Assembly: GCA_964016885.1 (NCBI GenBank)
Contig: OZ024747.1
Coordinates: 6,758,001 to 6,822,000, forward strand
Direction: 5' to 3'
DNA: 64,000 nt
Source: Eledone cirrhosa
Taxonomy: Eukaryota
How positions within the stretch are numbered: position 1 is the first letter of the stretch; every line of letters starts with the position of its first letter. Below, one piece after another: positions 24,469 to 59,525 of the stretch. The notes under the pieces are model-generated. The model saw nothing but the letters and a program-made list of their open reading frames with translations, did not search any database and was not told the DNA's origin. The position numbers were made by a program, and so were the translations under genes.

Positions 24469-27400
24469 AGTGAGCAAATAATGGGAGTGAAAAGCAGAGA
24501 GACACGGAAAAGAATAACATTTAAAATATAATATATGGGGGAAACAGATGTAAAAAGGATAATGAGGATGATGAAAATATATTTAAGTACTATGTTTATA
24601 AACAGTGAAACAACAGGAAATCTAGTCAACAAAGGAATCTCTATGTGGTTGCATGACATGCTGGAAATAACAGCCTAGTCTCCCTCAAATCATTTCCTAC
24701 TTTCTTGAATAAGCAAAAGATATATTAAATAATAGTTTTATATCATCATCATCATCATCAAATTGTTTTTATACATTACATTGTTGAAAAGAATCTGGAA
24801 ATGTAACTCTCTGAACATATTTATGGCTATTTCACCCAGTTATCTGCTACACCAAGGAGAGAACCTCTACATGCTCATTCTATCTGTTAGAAATAGTAAC
24901 CACATTACCTTCAAATCATACTTTACCATCTGAAGTAGATGTAGGGTGCATTGAATTATGTAGTCCTAGATACACTGTCTGAAGAAGTGGGATTGTCATA
25001 GCTGGAATTCTATTATCATTCTTCTGTTTATTCAGGGCTTACCTAGGGTTAAACAATCACAACATCCACATGAAAAACTAATCTATTTAGGTTGATGTCT
25101 AAACTTCTTAGTTTTAATATCTTGCTATATAATAATGAAATTATTGTGTAAAGTGCTCAGGTGCACTACAACTCGTCAAAGGTGCATGTATAGTACATAG
25201 AATAATACACAAATATAATTGTTCTTAATTATAAAAAATAACATTGATAGAGCAAAATATTATTTTGATATATTTATATTCTAGAAATATAACTATCAAA
25301 CATACATAGTATTAATTCCCTAAATTATCTGCCCCAAAATAAACAGAAAACCTGCCTACACATATGAGGAAATCGTGTTTCTGGGTAACATTTATATCTG
25401 GGAATTTTTCTATTTGATAAATATTTACAATCTAATTGCATCTATGTGCTTCAGCACATCATCCTTTATAGTTATATATATTCATATATACATTTTTGTC
25501 TGACACTAGATGCAAAATGAGACTGCTATAAAGTCAAGATTTGGAACGCATGACGAGTTACTTCCCTTATACAGTTATTAAGTTGTCTCCCGTAAGCAAG
25601 TTAGTTTTAGATCTATTTTTTGTTGTTGTCGTTAGGAAAATCCAGCTATGGGAGGTTGTCCGCTTCCTTGTTATTACTTATAAAAATAACCCAAACAAGA
25701 TATAGTTCTCCCCACCATCACCAACTCTCATAGACACACACACACACACATGCTACTTCGCTGTGGAAGGATCTCCCTTCCTCCAGAAAACAAGATATAG
25801 CTCTTCCCCCTGACACTGATCTTACACCAATGGGGTTTATTTTTCAACATAATGTTTGGAAAGAAACAATGCAGTTATTATTTAGAAGAGTTGAAATTAA
25901 TGCCTGCAAGATTTCACAGCTCTAGCATTAATCCTTCATAGTCAGCCTATGAATCTTTCAGCCAGCTCTCATATATTCAAGTTTAGTACACGTCTACACT
26001 CCACTCACTTTTTCTATTTTATTATACTAACCAAATGAATATGACATTGTTTACATCACATTAGTCACATATCAGATGACATTAAACAGTTGTTGTTATG
26101 TTACCATCACTACACATGCCATAAGTCTGTGTGTATAAACCTGTGACTAATTAATGGTCACTATATACTGAAATAATCATATAATTCTACCTCTAAGGTG
26201 AGGCAAATAAGCAGAAATAGTGACACATTAGCATGACACTATTTCCTTTTATTTTTCTGATTTCTAAATTAAAATCTAACTGTAAGAACAGAGTGGGGCT
26301 GGATAAAATAAATTCCAGATAACTACTGGAGTCATTTAACCCTTTCATGACTGCATTTTAAACAAAATGAAGAATTTTGTGGGATTTATGAAAACATCTA
26401 GTCAGTGATTTTTTTTTAGGTCAGTGGTTCTTAACCTTTTTCTATCAAGGCACTCCTTGAGATTTTGAAATTCCATTCCACACCCTTAGTCTTAGCGCAT
26501 ACGATGACAGAACTTGAATTTTCAGGTCAAATTATCAGCTACTTAGCTGCTACTATTTAATTAATTAACTACTATGATTAATGACGAAGGACTGCAACAA
26601 ATGGAGGGATGCTGTGCTGACAAAAACTTGTCCAACTTATACAAATATGAAAAAGTGAAAATGATGATGAGGGGGACATACATGATGATGGCTGCCCCCT
26701 CGTTATCGAGTATGGACATTGCACGATATAACATTATTGATAGTTATCAATTAATGCTATTGTACAATGCCTGTGCATGAAGATTTTTTTTAAAGTGTGG
26801 AAAGACTGTGCACTGAGCCAATCCCACTCTCTGAGCGAGAGTAGCTATAACCTGAACAGAAGAAAAGATTAACATCATTGGTAATTACTGAGCTGCAGGT
26901 TTTATGTCGGAGTTATCCCAGTTTCCTGAGTTGCCTTCTCCTAGAAGAATACTCTAACAAAGGCTAGGGGTCCTTCACTCCCAGTGGTTTAACCATGCGA
27001 TTGGGTATCCAGCCCGATTATTTCTATGTCCCCACGCATATATATACATATGTATACTTGCATATACATATATACATATATAAACATGCATATAGGTATA
27101 TACATATTTACACATTTTTGGATAGCCATTGACTCTTATGAGTTCTTCCGCCCTTTGTCAGGTTTTGTTTTTTTGTCCTGCAGGGTGTCCAAAATCACAC
27201 TTTCTCACCAAGCAAACTTGGGGTTGCTGATTTAGTTGCTGACGAACCGGCCATAGACAGGTTGTACTGGGTTACATGTTACCAGTAGCACTCAAGAGTG
27301 ACGCGACGTACATACATACATACATGATGGCTGCAAACTCTGCCAAGAGTATTACAATCGCTTGTCAGATTCAGATGTGTGACACTCGGATATGTCTTTT

Positions 27401-28035
27401 CAAGCCTGCTAGAGACTTGCACTCCTTCGCACACTGACGACAACCATGGATCTCTCTGGCTTGAGGTCCTGCATCAGGTTGCCGTGAACCCTCACAACAC
27501 CGTGGAGATCATAGGTCACTGATTCTCTTTGAACATGGCTGTGACCTTGGCTCCTGAGACCAAATTTGCTCAAACAAATCTTTACACACTCAGGGCACTT
27601 CAGTTCAATACATACATATATACATAGAGCACTCAATACTAGATTGGTAAAGTTTAAGTGCGCACGTACGGGTGAGATAGGGTGAGTGTTTGTATGAGTG
27701 GGTGTTTATATGTATGTGTGTGTGCGAAATAGAGAAAGCAGTGAAGTGTGTGTGTGTGTTTGTAAGTCTACGCCTTTGTATGTGTATGTGTGTGTTTGTA
27801 TGTGTGGATCTTTGAATATATGTATGTGTATGTGCGAAAGCGATAGAGGGGGCAGTGAAGTGTGTATGTATGTGTGGGTGTTTGTATGCATATGCATGTG
27901 TGTGTGTGTGTACAAACCGGGTTATAATGTATTCGCAAAAGATAAATAAACAGTAATAGTTAACAAGGGAGATAACTGCTAAACACACACTTCATTCGAT
28001 ATAATTATTTACAACAGCACGATTAAAACTGGACT

Positions 28036-48187
<20,152 letters not shown>

Positions 48188-48305
48188 ATAAAATGAAGAG
48201 AAAATGTTAAATATTTTTATCTGGCATATTTGTTAATTCTTTTATTTACATCTTTACAAACATTCATTCTCTGTGGGCCAGATTTTAACAAATGTTTTCA
48301 ATATG

Positions 48306-48507
48306 TACGACGGTAAGCTGAAAGGTTCATAGGCTGACTATGAAGGAGTGATGCTAGAGATGTGAAATCTTGCATGCATTAATTTCAACTCTTCTTACCA
48401 ATAACTGCATTGTTTCTTTCCAAGGACTTTGTTGAATAATAAACCTTATTTGGTCATTCCATGAGAGTATCTTGGTCTGCATATGAACTTTTCAGCTGAA
48501 CCTTGTA
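48306..48507. mobile_element. Mariner-type MITE copy just 3' of the ARH3 stop
   Basis: Same family, TA-flanked; a further inverted copy at ~25830-25973. Confidence 0.8.
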
Positions 48508-50850
48508 CTATATATATATTTGCAAATATATAAAGTCTTATCAAAATGAAAAAACAAGTTGATATAATTGGTATGGCCCCACCCCTTGCCACTGTAAAAT
48601 GGTCATGTAGGTGTCACAACAAAAAAGTTCCCAGTCCACACTGTAAAGATGTCATGTAGGCGCCACGGTAAAAAAGCACCCAGTTCTCACTGTAAATGAG
48701 GTTGGTGTTAGGAAGGGCATCCAGCAGTAGAAATCAAGCCAAAATCAGTTCTGTATGAGCAAGACATGGTCACCTGACCTGGCATTGCCCACAACAGGAC
48801 AACTATTCTAACCCTTGCTAGCATGGAAGAATGGATGTAAAACGGTGATGATGATGATAGGGGAAGAGGGAAGTTGATTAAATTTCCCCCAACACTTGAC
48901 TGGTACTTCAGTTTATCAACTCTATAAGAATGAAAGGCAAAGCTAACCTTGGCAGGAAATACAGTATATAACATTACAAATAAAAAAGAAGTTATACAAT
49001 GAGGGAAATCTGAAAAAGAAAGATAAAAACGAAATTAAGTAATGAGTGAAAGGGGAAGGGGTAAAGAAGGGTAGATCTGGCTGTATGGGAAAGTAGAGGA
49101 AAAGATTATAATTGCCTTAAATGAGAGGAAAAGGAAGGAAAAAGCAAGGATTCTTGGGCCACAGAAGAAAGGGAGGGGAGAGGAGAGGGTGATGGGCTTT
49201 GGGCCCAGGGCAGGGTGATGTTTGGGCTGTGCTCCGCAGACAAAACTGCGAAGGCATTTCCCCAGACAATGGTCAGTGACACCTGATGCAACACAGCCAC
49301 CCCACTTACATGCTCCTTCCTCAGTCGGGCTGCTGACATTCCTGTTCTGGATGTTGTTATCTCAAAGTTTACTGCACTAATCGTAGTTAATACTCTTTAG
49401 AAGGAAAAAAAAAAAGAAACTAACAAACATAAATGATGAGAATAATGTCATGTTAATAGATTTAGAATTGGTGAAACAAGTCTTTGACTTGTTATATGTC
49501 TACTGTCTGAGAAGAGGAATGCCGAACACTCTCAGACACACACACACAAACAACTTAAAACGTTATTACGTAAAGATAACAAGCAATAGCATAATTGAAG
49601 CATTTTCATTGGTCGAAAGGAACTCTGCTAAGCAGCAACAGGAATTGTAAGGAAGAATGCAGACTTTTGCCACTGAACTGTAAAAAAAAAATATATAGAA
49701 AAATATATGTTCTTAAAAAACTGCTAGCACAGCTGATAAAGTAGAGATGTTTCTTCTGCTTCTTCTTCTTCTCTCACTTATTCCTGAGAGGGTCATGGGG
49801 GTAGACTCCTCAAGCACACCTTCCAGTTTGTCCTGTCAGAAGCAACTGTCTAACTGATTTAGCTGGATCCCCAAGCAACACCAGCCGAGCTCATGGATGT
49901 TATCCAACTATCTTGCTCAAAAGGTTTATCTCCCATATGAGTGTGCTTATGACAGTTTAAATTGCTTGTTTGTAAAATGTCTTCTTCTTCTCCATCCACA
50001 CATTCCTGAGAGGGATGTGGTGGCAGAGATCTCAGAGACGCCATTCAGAAGGTCCTATCAAAAGCAACCATCTCCAAATGGTCTGGCTGGATCCATAAGT
50101 GACATCAACCAAGGTCATAGATGCTATCCAACTATTTTGCTTATGGTCTATGATTGGATATCCTGCCAATTAGCTTTGCCTATAAAGCCTGTTTGCTATT
50201 AGGAATCACTTTCAGATGTAGAAACTAAGCCAAGGAATTGAGAGGAAACTTTAGTCACAACATAGCAACTTCTCTAGTGGTCGTGCCACAAAAATGCCCC
50301 CAGTACAATCAGTAAGAGGTTTAGTAATAGTAAGGGCATCCAACTATAGAAATCGTGCCAAACAAAAGAATACCCACTATATCAGGCACTCTACATCAAG
50401 GGACTCCTTCCTTAGGCAGAATAACCCCTCCTAATTTTACAGAGGAAAATGGCAGTTCAAGAACTGATATCACCCAATGTCTTAATGACAACCAGCATGA
50501 AAAAGAAATGGTTGGTCAAATCCTGGTATTTAGCTATTGTCCTCTCTTCCATGTTAGACAACAGTGCCTGGATTTGTGGTTGAAGCTACAAAGTTGGATG
50601 TGGACGATGTGGCACAGTACATGGTAACCCAGATTAGAGATTTACCTTGTTCGGATGGGAAGAAGGTTATCCCATCTGGGTGAATACAATCACCACATGA
50701 TCATTATTCTGCTGTTAATGTTGTGCTATTATGTCAAATGAATAGTAAGTAGCTATAGCTGTGCTAATTGTGATGGTTTGTGAGGGAGAGGCAAGTAAAT
50801 CCTGATGAGTTGCTTTGGTAAATCCTTTTTAATTATTCCATCCTGTGGCT

Positions 50851-51006
50851 TTCGAGACGTTCAAGGGAGTCCTCTCTTCTCTGGCAGCTCGCCTAATAGA
50901 GGTAACTGGCGAATCTCATGAGGGGGCTTGGTTGTTCCAGTGCATCAGCCTGGCTATCACCCGAGGTAACGCTGCGAGCATGCTGCTTTGCCTCAAAAAT
51001 CATTAG
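50851..51006 (+). mobile_element. CRE-clade-like non-LTR element C-terminal fragment
   Basis: Translates RLIEVTGESHEGAWLFQCISLAITRGNAASML*, matching the FQRxSxAIxRGNA terminal motif. Confidence 0.6.
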
Positions 51007-51752
51007 AGAGATTTCCCAGTACTGCCTTCCTTTATATTTTCTTTAATATATCCTTCTGAAAGAATCGCGAGCAGTTTATAATGTTATTTAATCATTTGTA
51101 ATGTTATTTATGTATATATTTAAAACTTATTTGCTATGTTAAAAAAACAAATATTCAATAACATATTCAAATACAACCTATTTCATTAAAAATCAATAAG
51201 CAAAGAAATATTAATGAAGATTACACCCTTAGTTAAAAAAAAAAAAAATAGTTACGTATTTTGGTCAAGAAAAACAAGGGCAACAACCCCGAAATTTAAA
51301 TTAAAATTTAAATACAGTGGAGGAGTGAATTTAACAGCAAATTATTTTGCCCATTACTCTATAGAATATGCTAATCGACTGCTTTTACTATAAAAGACCA
51401 TCACCAATGCGTTGATTAATAACCTGTGAGTGGAATTTGATATAACTGAAAGTAGGTAGAAGCTCGTCGTATGTTTAACTAATAACCCGTAATGGTGCGA
51501 AACTAAAATAATAAAAAAAAACAACTAAATGTTTATAATGGGCAATAACTCCGTTAATATAGGTGGCGCAACATCACTTATTAATTATGCCCCTTTATGT
51601 TTCTTCTCACCTGTCAGGCTGATTTATGTATCTTTGTTAATGAATCTTAAGTAAGACGTAATGAGGTGTCAGAGTCTTTTAAAATATTTTTAGTATTATA
51701 CTATAGTAAAGATTTTACCCTTATTTTATCCTTTTGTATTCATAATCGAAGA

Positions 51753-51983
51753 ATGTCGACAGTTGTGGGAAGAGGTCGTGGTAGAGGCCGAGGAATTTTG
51801 TCTTTGAGTAAAGTTGCTCCGTCGCCGGTTCAAAAAGTTGGTGGGAATCTTTCAGATTTAGAAACTTCTCTTCCAAACAACGAATTGAAAATTGCTTCCA
51901 ATACCTCGGAGGACGGATCAGTTTCACCACAGCTTAAGTTATTAGTTAAACCTACTGCTCAGATCGATTGTCATGAAGAAAAG
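51753..51983 (+). CDS. CTIF: CTIF-like exon 1
   Basis: MSTVVGRGRGRGRG..., donor GTATTT, phase 0 matches exon 2. Confidence 0.7.
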
Positions 51984-54900
51984 GTATTTTATATATTCCT
52001 TTTATTAATATTTTAGCTTTGGATTTGTTAAATTGTTTTGTGAGCGTATATATATGTCTCTCTCTCTCTCTTATATATTTATATATATATTAGTAGAGGA
52101 CAGAAGGCGCACGCTAAAAACTAGTGTATTCCTCCTATAAGACATCCTAGATGCAAATGGAATTATAAAAGATCTTGAGTGCGAGCACGTTCTAAACTAA
52201 TGATAATGATTCCCTTTCTCGCTACTCAAAAGGTTCTCTCTCCAAGAGACAAAAAAGATTCATTTATCTCATCTTTTTGTCTCCTGAAGGATCGTAGTAA
52301 CGATGGAATGAATAACGTTTTTGAAAGAATAAAATAAATATTCTTTCCATTAACAAAAATCAATGTTTTATTTTGTTATGGTCAAATCAAAATATTACAA
52401 ATAGCCTTAAATTGATCTTTTCAATCTTTAAAATATCTACACATAGTCAGAAATTAATAATAATAATTATATATATATATATATTGCTTATTTTGTTAAA
52501 GTACTATAGAACGGAATGAACGATACAACTTACACGTGTGAGGAATTCATTCCTAATTTAGAAATAATTGTATTTCAATGGAAGTGTTGAAATGCGATAT
52601 AATCATGAGTTACAATTTAAAAAAGAGAAAAACAACTATAATATTTATTATCAGTCAGTATTGTGTATCATTTATCTCAAAATATTTGGAGCAGTCGGCA
52701 GATTTCCTCGAAGTAGTCAAATTCAAAATATTTTTTTTTTACTTGTCGCAAAAAAAGAGCCTTTGTTTTGATGGAGAATACTGCAGTTGTATCTTACTGG
52801 GATATATTTTGTCGGTTGTTGTTTAACCCTAGGTCAGCTCTAACAAAGCACACCTATCATCATGACCATTCCGCTTTTTTTTTTTTTTTCTTCCTATCAA
52901 TAGTATACATATGAAGAAATTATCAATTCAAATCAAACAGTAGATTGGTTTGGGGGAAATTTGGCAACATTTTTTTCAGGTCGAATGATCGTATTGAGGC
53001 TCCGTCACTACCTCGTATTTTATCATTATTCTACCGGGGTTTGGACTCAACAGTTAGGTACTGAACTATATACTCTAAGGCAACTGGTTTGTCTGTCTTT
53101 CTAGTATTCAGAATATTTTAATACCTTCCAATTTACTTTAAATACTCTCCCACATAAATATATATATATACACACACACACAGTATATAAGCACGCACAC
53201 ACGCGCGTGTATATGTGTGTCTACAATCCAACGAAAGAGAGCATCTACATGGTTGCACGACAGGATAGAAATAGTGGTTGATCTCCATTAAATCCCACTC
53301 TCCTATCTTTGAAAAAAAAAAAAAGGAATTTAGATTAAGATTAGATTAAAGAAATCCTAGATGTTCCCGATTCGAACAGTTTGCTTATACATGTACTCAC
53401 TCAGGGCTAAACAGCAACGTAGACGCACACATGATCGTGCGTGTGACCACAATTACTGAATTTATAATTTTGTTATAATCAGATGTTTATTTACATCTTT
53501 TAAATAAATCAAACTGTTTTCTCATTTAAAATATTTGCTACCTCCAATCGTTAGTAAATTCACATAAATCCAATATGGCGTTTCAAAATAAACAAAAGTA
53601 ATTAATTACATTGTCAATATTGACATGTGTATCATAAAGTAAGTTAAAATATCTTGTCTTTAATTGACAATTGGCTTAATTAAAATTCAATGATTGCCGC
53701 ATAATTTATAACAGCGGACTACTAGGGAAAAGTGTTATAGTAGCACATGCCTTGATAATTCCGATTATTATATTCACGCGTTGACACTTCGACAACTGTG
53801 ACCACTTGTACAATTAAGTCCCCAATCGAGCAGAGTTCTGATCAAAGATGTTCTTGTCTCTGTGTGCTCATGGCTATTTTGCTTATTGTCGCTTTTTTTT
53901 TATTTTTAAAGGCGATAGTTTTTGCTGGTATTTTCAGCAGGCCAAGCGACCACATACAAGACGCTGTTATTTTTGTATAGACACAAATCAAACTTGATCG
54001 GGTAGGACTTATGATCAAAAACGTTCTAATCGTGGTCACCCTGGCTTTGTGTATATCCATTTTTATTTATTATTATTTTTTTTTTTTAAAGATGCAGGTG
54101 TGGTTTGAAAGAGATTTATTTGGCTACTTTTTCTAGCAAGACAACCGACTACATACAGACTACTTTGTCGACTCGCTGTTGTTGTTTAGCCTCTGGCCCT
54201 GAGTGAGCAGAACTATGATCAAAGGCATTCTAGACGTGACCGACCGTCCGTCCTTCTTGCTGGCGTTACATATCTAGGATTACATTTATGGAATGTGTTC
54301 CGCCCCTTTCAAGGGTGTAATTTCAGAGAAATTTGGCTACTAGTCTTAGCAGGTTGAACGAGCACTCAGTGGCTCCCTCGTTTCGTGTTTGTTTGGCATC
54401 AGTTCAGGCCTATGGTCAAAGACATTCATTTCAACCATGAACATCTCGTCTTTTTCTGGCTATATACGATTTGAAAATGCAATGCATTCTTTGCTTATTT
54501 AAGACTGATGTGATTTGAAGTAGATTTGGCTGCTATTTCTAACAGAATGACCGTGAAGTGGCTCTATTGTTAGCTCAATCTATAGAAAAGTAGTTTGTTT
54601 AATCCCAGGTCAATCTCGAACTAACAAACCCATCATTAGGACCGTTCAGATCGTAAGGAGTAAATTATCCTATGTGTTCTTTTTATTAGGGTATTGTGTG
54701 CTTTAAGGGAAATTTAGCTGCTATTTTCTTTGATTTGTGTTGGTCATCTTTGGTTGAGAATAATTTTTCTAACAATTATCTATTTGTCAAAACAATTATA
54801 TTTTCAACCTGTCAAACCAGTGAAGAAACATCTGCATGGTTGTTTGACCTGCTAGAAATAGCATCCCCAAAATCACACCTTACTGTTTTTAAAAGGGATG

Positions 54901-57900
54901 GATGTATTGGAAAATGTAATCCAAGCATAGCTATTGTATATAGGAAGGCTTTTTGGCTAATAATATTTTTCATTCATTAGTCTGAAGAAGAGTACCTTTA
55001 GTCTTTTCTCACTATCTTAGACCAGATGTTGTGTCTTCAAGTCCCTCAATGCAGGTTAAGTCTGCTTCATGATCCTAGTGGACAGGATGGAGAAGACATT
55101 GCCCTGGAGGACAGCGAGAAAGCCGTGTTTGAACAGCCACACCTTGCAGGGCTTGCACTTATGGATAGCCATCTCCACTCTAATAGTAGTGAGTAGGGAT
55201 GTGGTCCAGGGGCAAAGAACACCAGAAGTCACCACCACCACAGGCTCAACTACAAACCTATCAGAGAGCAACTGATCTATGTATGTTATCGGAAGCTCCT
55301 CAAATGAGTCTACACGTGAACACACATTTGAGGAGCTTCCGATTCCAGTCAGGATCGATCATTCAGTGAAACATGTAATATGTAATTAAATATTTATATG
55401 ATGCAACACTGATTCCTTGTTCCTTTATATTATATATATAAATGTATGTGTGTGTTTGTATGTTTCTATTTATCAGCAAGAAAACTGAAAACCCAGTGGT
55501 CTTAGAATGAAATCCTTTGTAATATTTGTTCTGAACTAACTCATTCCCTTGTTACTCTCACCCTCAGAATGACTGTGAACCAATGGGGCCTAGTACATAT
55601 GTAATTCAGACAATATATATTCATTATATAAAATTTACTCGCTACCATCATCATCATCATACCAAATTTTGTAAATACAACAGCACCCATACATATTGTT
55701 AATACATTTACTGACTGTTTAGCCTCCTATTTCACCCACTACTCAATCCTGTGGAGCCTTCACATGCTAGAAATAGTAACTAGATCTCCCCAAATCACAC
55801 ACTCTCTCATCATAAGAAAAGGAAAGTTTGAATAATATAATCATAGGTAGACTAAATCTGAATTTAAAAAAATGAACTAGTCATGATTGGAATACTTTTG
55901 ATGATAGATTTTCTGATGCAGAACTAATGTAGGATTGATCCACAACTACAATATTTGCTAATGTTGGTTGGAGGGCTCTGTTGCAGTCCTCCATCCTCTG
56001 ACAAACAGATAAAACTGCTGATTTCTGTTGTTGAGTATGACATATGTACAATGGCAGTGCCCCAGAATGCCTCAGTCTGTCAGCTGGAGCGTGTAATAGA
56101 ATATGTTTCTGGCATGGTTTTTATGTGTAGATGACCTTTCTATCACTTACCACTTTACAGCATAAGCCAAATGTATTTTATTAGTAGAGGGAATATTTAC
56201 CTGGACTAAAATGGCTCCTCTACTTCATATCAGTTTTTCTTCAAAGTTACTGCTCTCCTAGATGGGTTGCCTCTTCTGCAGTTTGCAGAACCTTTGTCTC
56301 TTTCATTTCTTCTTCCTTTTTGGTATGGATTTTTACAACTACTTTATAACTTGGTTGAGTACATCTTATTATGCTGACCAATAGTAGAAAGGATGTCCCC
56401 GCTAATTTGGATCAGTTTTTATTTGGAGTTACTTGTTGCTTATCTCTATGTATTCATGCCTGCATCTGTATGTCTAAATAATTTTGTTTTATTTTATAGT
56501 TTTGTGACCAAGTTAGTCAACACATCGAAAAGCTAACTTTTGATGCTCAAGACAGGGACCTTGATGTCATAGAAAAGTTGACTCGTGAATGTGCCCGTGA
56601 TGAGAACAATATCCAGCAAGTCATTAAGGTTATATATAACAAGAGTTTAGTTGACTTAGACTTTGCTCGTACAGGTGTTATGATTTGTGACCGGCTCTCC
56701 AAAATTGATGGCGATGGACTTAAATACCGTACACACTTGTTAAATCTTTTACAGAATGACTTTACAGGTGAGTTAGCTGTTTATTGCTTTTGTTGTGGGA
56801 TGTGATTTGAAAACCCTAATAACAGAAAACTGGTACCATTTCTGGAATAATTAGTACACCTCCTACTTTCTTTCTTATTCTGTCATTTCAGATATACAGC
56901 AACATTGGCAAAAAGTGAAGCAAATAGATCATGAGCAAAAAAGTGAGTTGTTTTTACTATATCGTAATGATTTCTTGGTTTCTGTTTTTGTTTCAAAGCT
57001 TATCTTTATATCTTTTTAACCCTTTAGCATTTACATTACTCTATTTATACTATTATATTTTCATAGTAAAGGCTTTACCTCACCTAATTATCTCACATAA
57101 TATCAAATCTATGAGATTTTGATATTATTTATTTTGAGAGTAATACCTTAATATTAGTATGAGTGGCCAGATAGAACCAGCCAGTTTAAATATTTGAATA
57201 AATATTTTTATCCAAAAATGGATCAATTTCGATTCCTCTACAAAATCTTTGATAAGTTTCTTCTTGCATAGCTTTGAGTCAGTTCAAATCTTGTAAATGG
57301 AATTTGGTTGACAGAAAGCCATTGGAGTGTGAATGTGTAGGAATTAGTGAAGATATTCCAAGCATGGAACATTCTTTTTTCCAGTTGCCTTATTCTTTCT
57401 CTCACTTCAAGATTGACAAGAGGAAGTTATCCTCAGATAGGAGATTTTTATCAAATGCTTGCAACCATATGACATATGAACTCTGTTAATGGCATGTAAG
57501 GGCCAGGTGGTGGTTACTTGATTGAGTTTACCAACCAATAACAGAAATGGTCTCACCGACAGTCTTTGTTTATCAAATTTCATTCACAAGGGTCAGACAG
57601 CCAAGGTTACAATAAAAGACACCCAAGTTGCTACACAATCGATTGAACTTGAAACCACATAATTCCTCATTGTGTCGTTAAGCCTATTTGCTATATTTTC
57701 CTCCATTCTGTCTGGTTTGATCTTGGCAATATCTTCCATATATTCCTGTCATCTTAGTTCTTTTAAATGTTCAAGCATGTCTATAATTAATTTTAAATCA
57801 ATAGAGTAATTAATTGTATTACTTTTGTTTTATTTTTTCTATTTTCACAGTCAAAGAAAATTTACATGCAACCTCCCATGAGAAGTTCAAAGGACTTGTG

Positions 57901-59525
57901 GTGTTTTTGTGCCAAGTATATATTACAATGACAACTGTTAAGGGAGAAACTTTTAGAGTTCTTATAAATCCCATATTTCAGTGTTTGGAAATGTTGTTGG
58001 AATCAGCTACAAGTGATGACCTGGAGATACTGAATAACTTAGTAAGAAAATTCCTTATTTTAATTCCACAACCATCATTATCATCACACATTTTACCCCT
58101 TTCAATACCATATTTATAATGAAAGACATCGTCTACAATTTTCAAATAATTTGTCACCATTATTTTTTTCCATTTTAGCTTCAAAGTGTGGGCAAGCAGT
58201 TAGAAAACGATGAACCAGACAAAATGCAAGACTTATTTGACAAAATGCGTTTGAAAATTATTCAAGGGTAAGATAATAAATTTATAATTTTAGTTGAAGT
58301 AATCCTTTATTATTTAACTATCAATTAATTTGTTTTTGAGTTCAAATCCCACCGAGGTTGACTTTGCCTTTCATCCTTACGGGGTCGATAAAAGAAAGTA
58401 CCAGTAATGCACTGGGTAATTGCTGGCCTTGTGCCTAAAGTAGAAACAATTAATTTGTTTTTGTAGTGTATTTTCGTAGTTTTTACATTCATTTTCCCAT
58501 GATGGCATGTATTGGATGAAACTTTTTGGGAGCAGTATTCTATCTATCTATCCATATATATTTATATATAATCATCATCAATTTTATGTCCATTTTTCCA
58601 CACTCACATGGGTTGGATGGGTCCTTCTCAGCACACCATCTCTATTTGCCACTTTCCTTCATCATCTCCTTTGTGAGTCTCAGCGATTTGAGATCACCTC
58701 TCACCACCTCTGCCCAAGTTTTCCTTGGTCTACTTCTACTGCAGCTTTCCTGGCACTTCTTCACCCAGTGATCATCATCATGTCCATACCAACGGAGTCT
58801 TCTCACTTGCACACTATATCCAATTCTTCTTATGTCCAGCTTTTCTCCCAGTTCGCTCATGCTATATCATTCATGTACCCTAGCATTACACATCCATTGG
58901 AGTATATGTAATACTAGTGTACACAAATGTAGCATATAAATGTACCATATCATCATCACCGTTTTACATCCGTTCTTCCACGCTAGCATGGGTTAGACGG
59001 GTTGTCCTGTCGGCAGACCTTGTCTTGCTCATACAGAACTGATTCTGGCTTGATTTCTACAGCTGGATGCCCTTCCTAACATCAACCTCATTTACGAGTG
59101 CTGGGTGATTTTTTTCCATGACGCCTACACGTCCACTTTACAGTGTGGGCTGGGTGCTTTTTTGCCGTGGGACCTCCAGGACCGCTTTGCAGTGGAATGA
59201 TAGGGACCCCAGTCCTATCATCTCATTTCTACAGCTGAGTAAATTGGAGCAATGTGAAATAAAGTGTCTTGCTCAAGGAAACAACATATATATATAAATA
59301 AATTATAACAACATTGTTAAATTTATACCAAGATGTTTGTGACATTACTATGAGTTGACAGTTGATACTGTTTTGACTTTTCGTTGCAGGTCCAGTCCAC
59401 AGGTGCGTTGTTACCTATTGGAGATTATAGAGATCCAGGCTCATGACTGGAAAATGCTTCCTTCTGACATAACTAGATTTTATTGTGATACTGCCGCAGA
59501 TATCTTGGCTGGTATGGTAGTCTGA
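51753..59525 (+). CDS. CTIF: CBP80/20-dependent translation initiation factor-like MIF4G-domain protein, 5 exons, ~304 aa
   Basis: Exons 51753-51983,56500-56767,57851-58041,58179-58267,59390-59525 (915 nt, GT-AG). KYRTHLLNLLQNDFTV, FLCQVY...GETFRVLINPIFQCL, LQSVGKQLE and RCYLLEIIEIQAHDW...ITRFY match the CTIF MIF4G domain as recalled. The paralogue MIF4GD/SLIP1 is less likely. Confidence 0.8.
52810..54940. repeat. Cluster of an old dispersed repeat (TTGTTGTTTAGCCCCAGGTCA...TATGATCAAAGGCATTCCAGCCATGACC); also clustered at 21540-22170
   Basis: Multiple diverged copies seen. Confidence 0.6.
56500..56767 (+). CDS. CTIF: CTIF-like exon 2
   Basis: ttatag acceptor, ...IYNKSLVDLDFARTGVMICDRL...QNDFT, GTGAGT donor. 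Confidence 0.87.
57851..58041 (+). CDS. CTIF: CTIF-like exon 3
   Basis: tcacag acceptor, VKENLH...LEILNNL, GTAAGA donor. Confidence 0.87.
58179..58267 (+). CDS. CTIF: CTIF-like exon 4
   Basis: LQSVGKQLENDEPDKMQDLFDKMRLKIIQ, AG/GT bounded. Confidence 0.85.
58337..58452 (+). mobile_element. SINE family 1 partial copy
   Basis: B-box through tail. Confidence 0.75.
58570..58905 (-). mobile_element. RTE LINE 3' fragment
   Basis: RRLRWYGH...WVKKC...RPRKTWAEVVRGDLKSL. Confidence 0.8.
59390..59525 (+). CDS. CTIF: CTIF-like exon 5 (last coding)
   Basis: SSPQVRCYLLEIIEIQAHDWKMLPSDITRFYCD...TGA. Confidence 0.85.

Noticed and set aside
52200-52345. Possible hammerhead near hairpin GAGACAAAAAAGAT/ATCTTTTTGTCTC and CTGAAGGA
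   Set aside because: Core nucleotides and stems I/III could not be assembled convincingly
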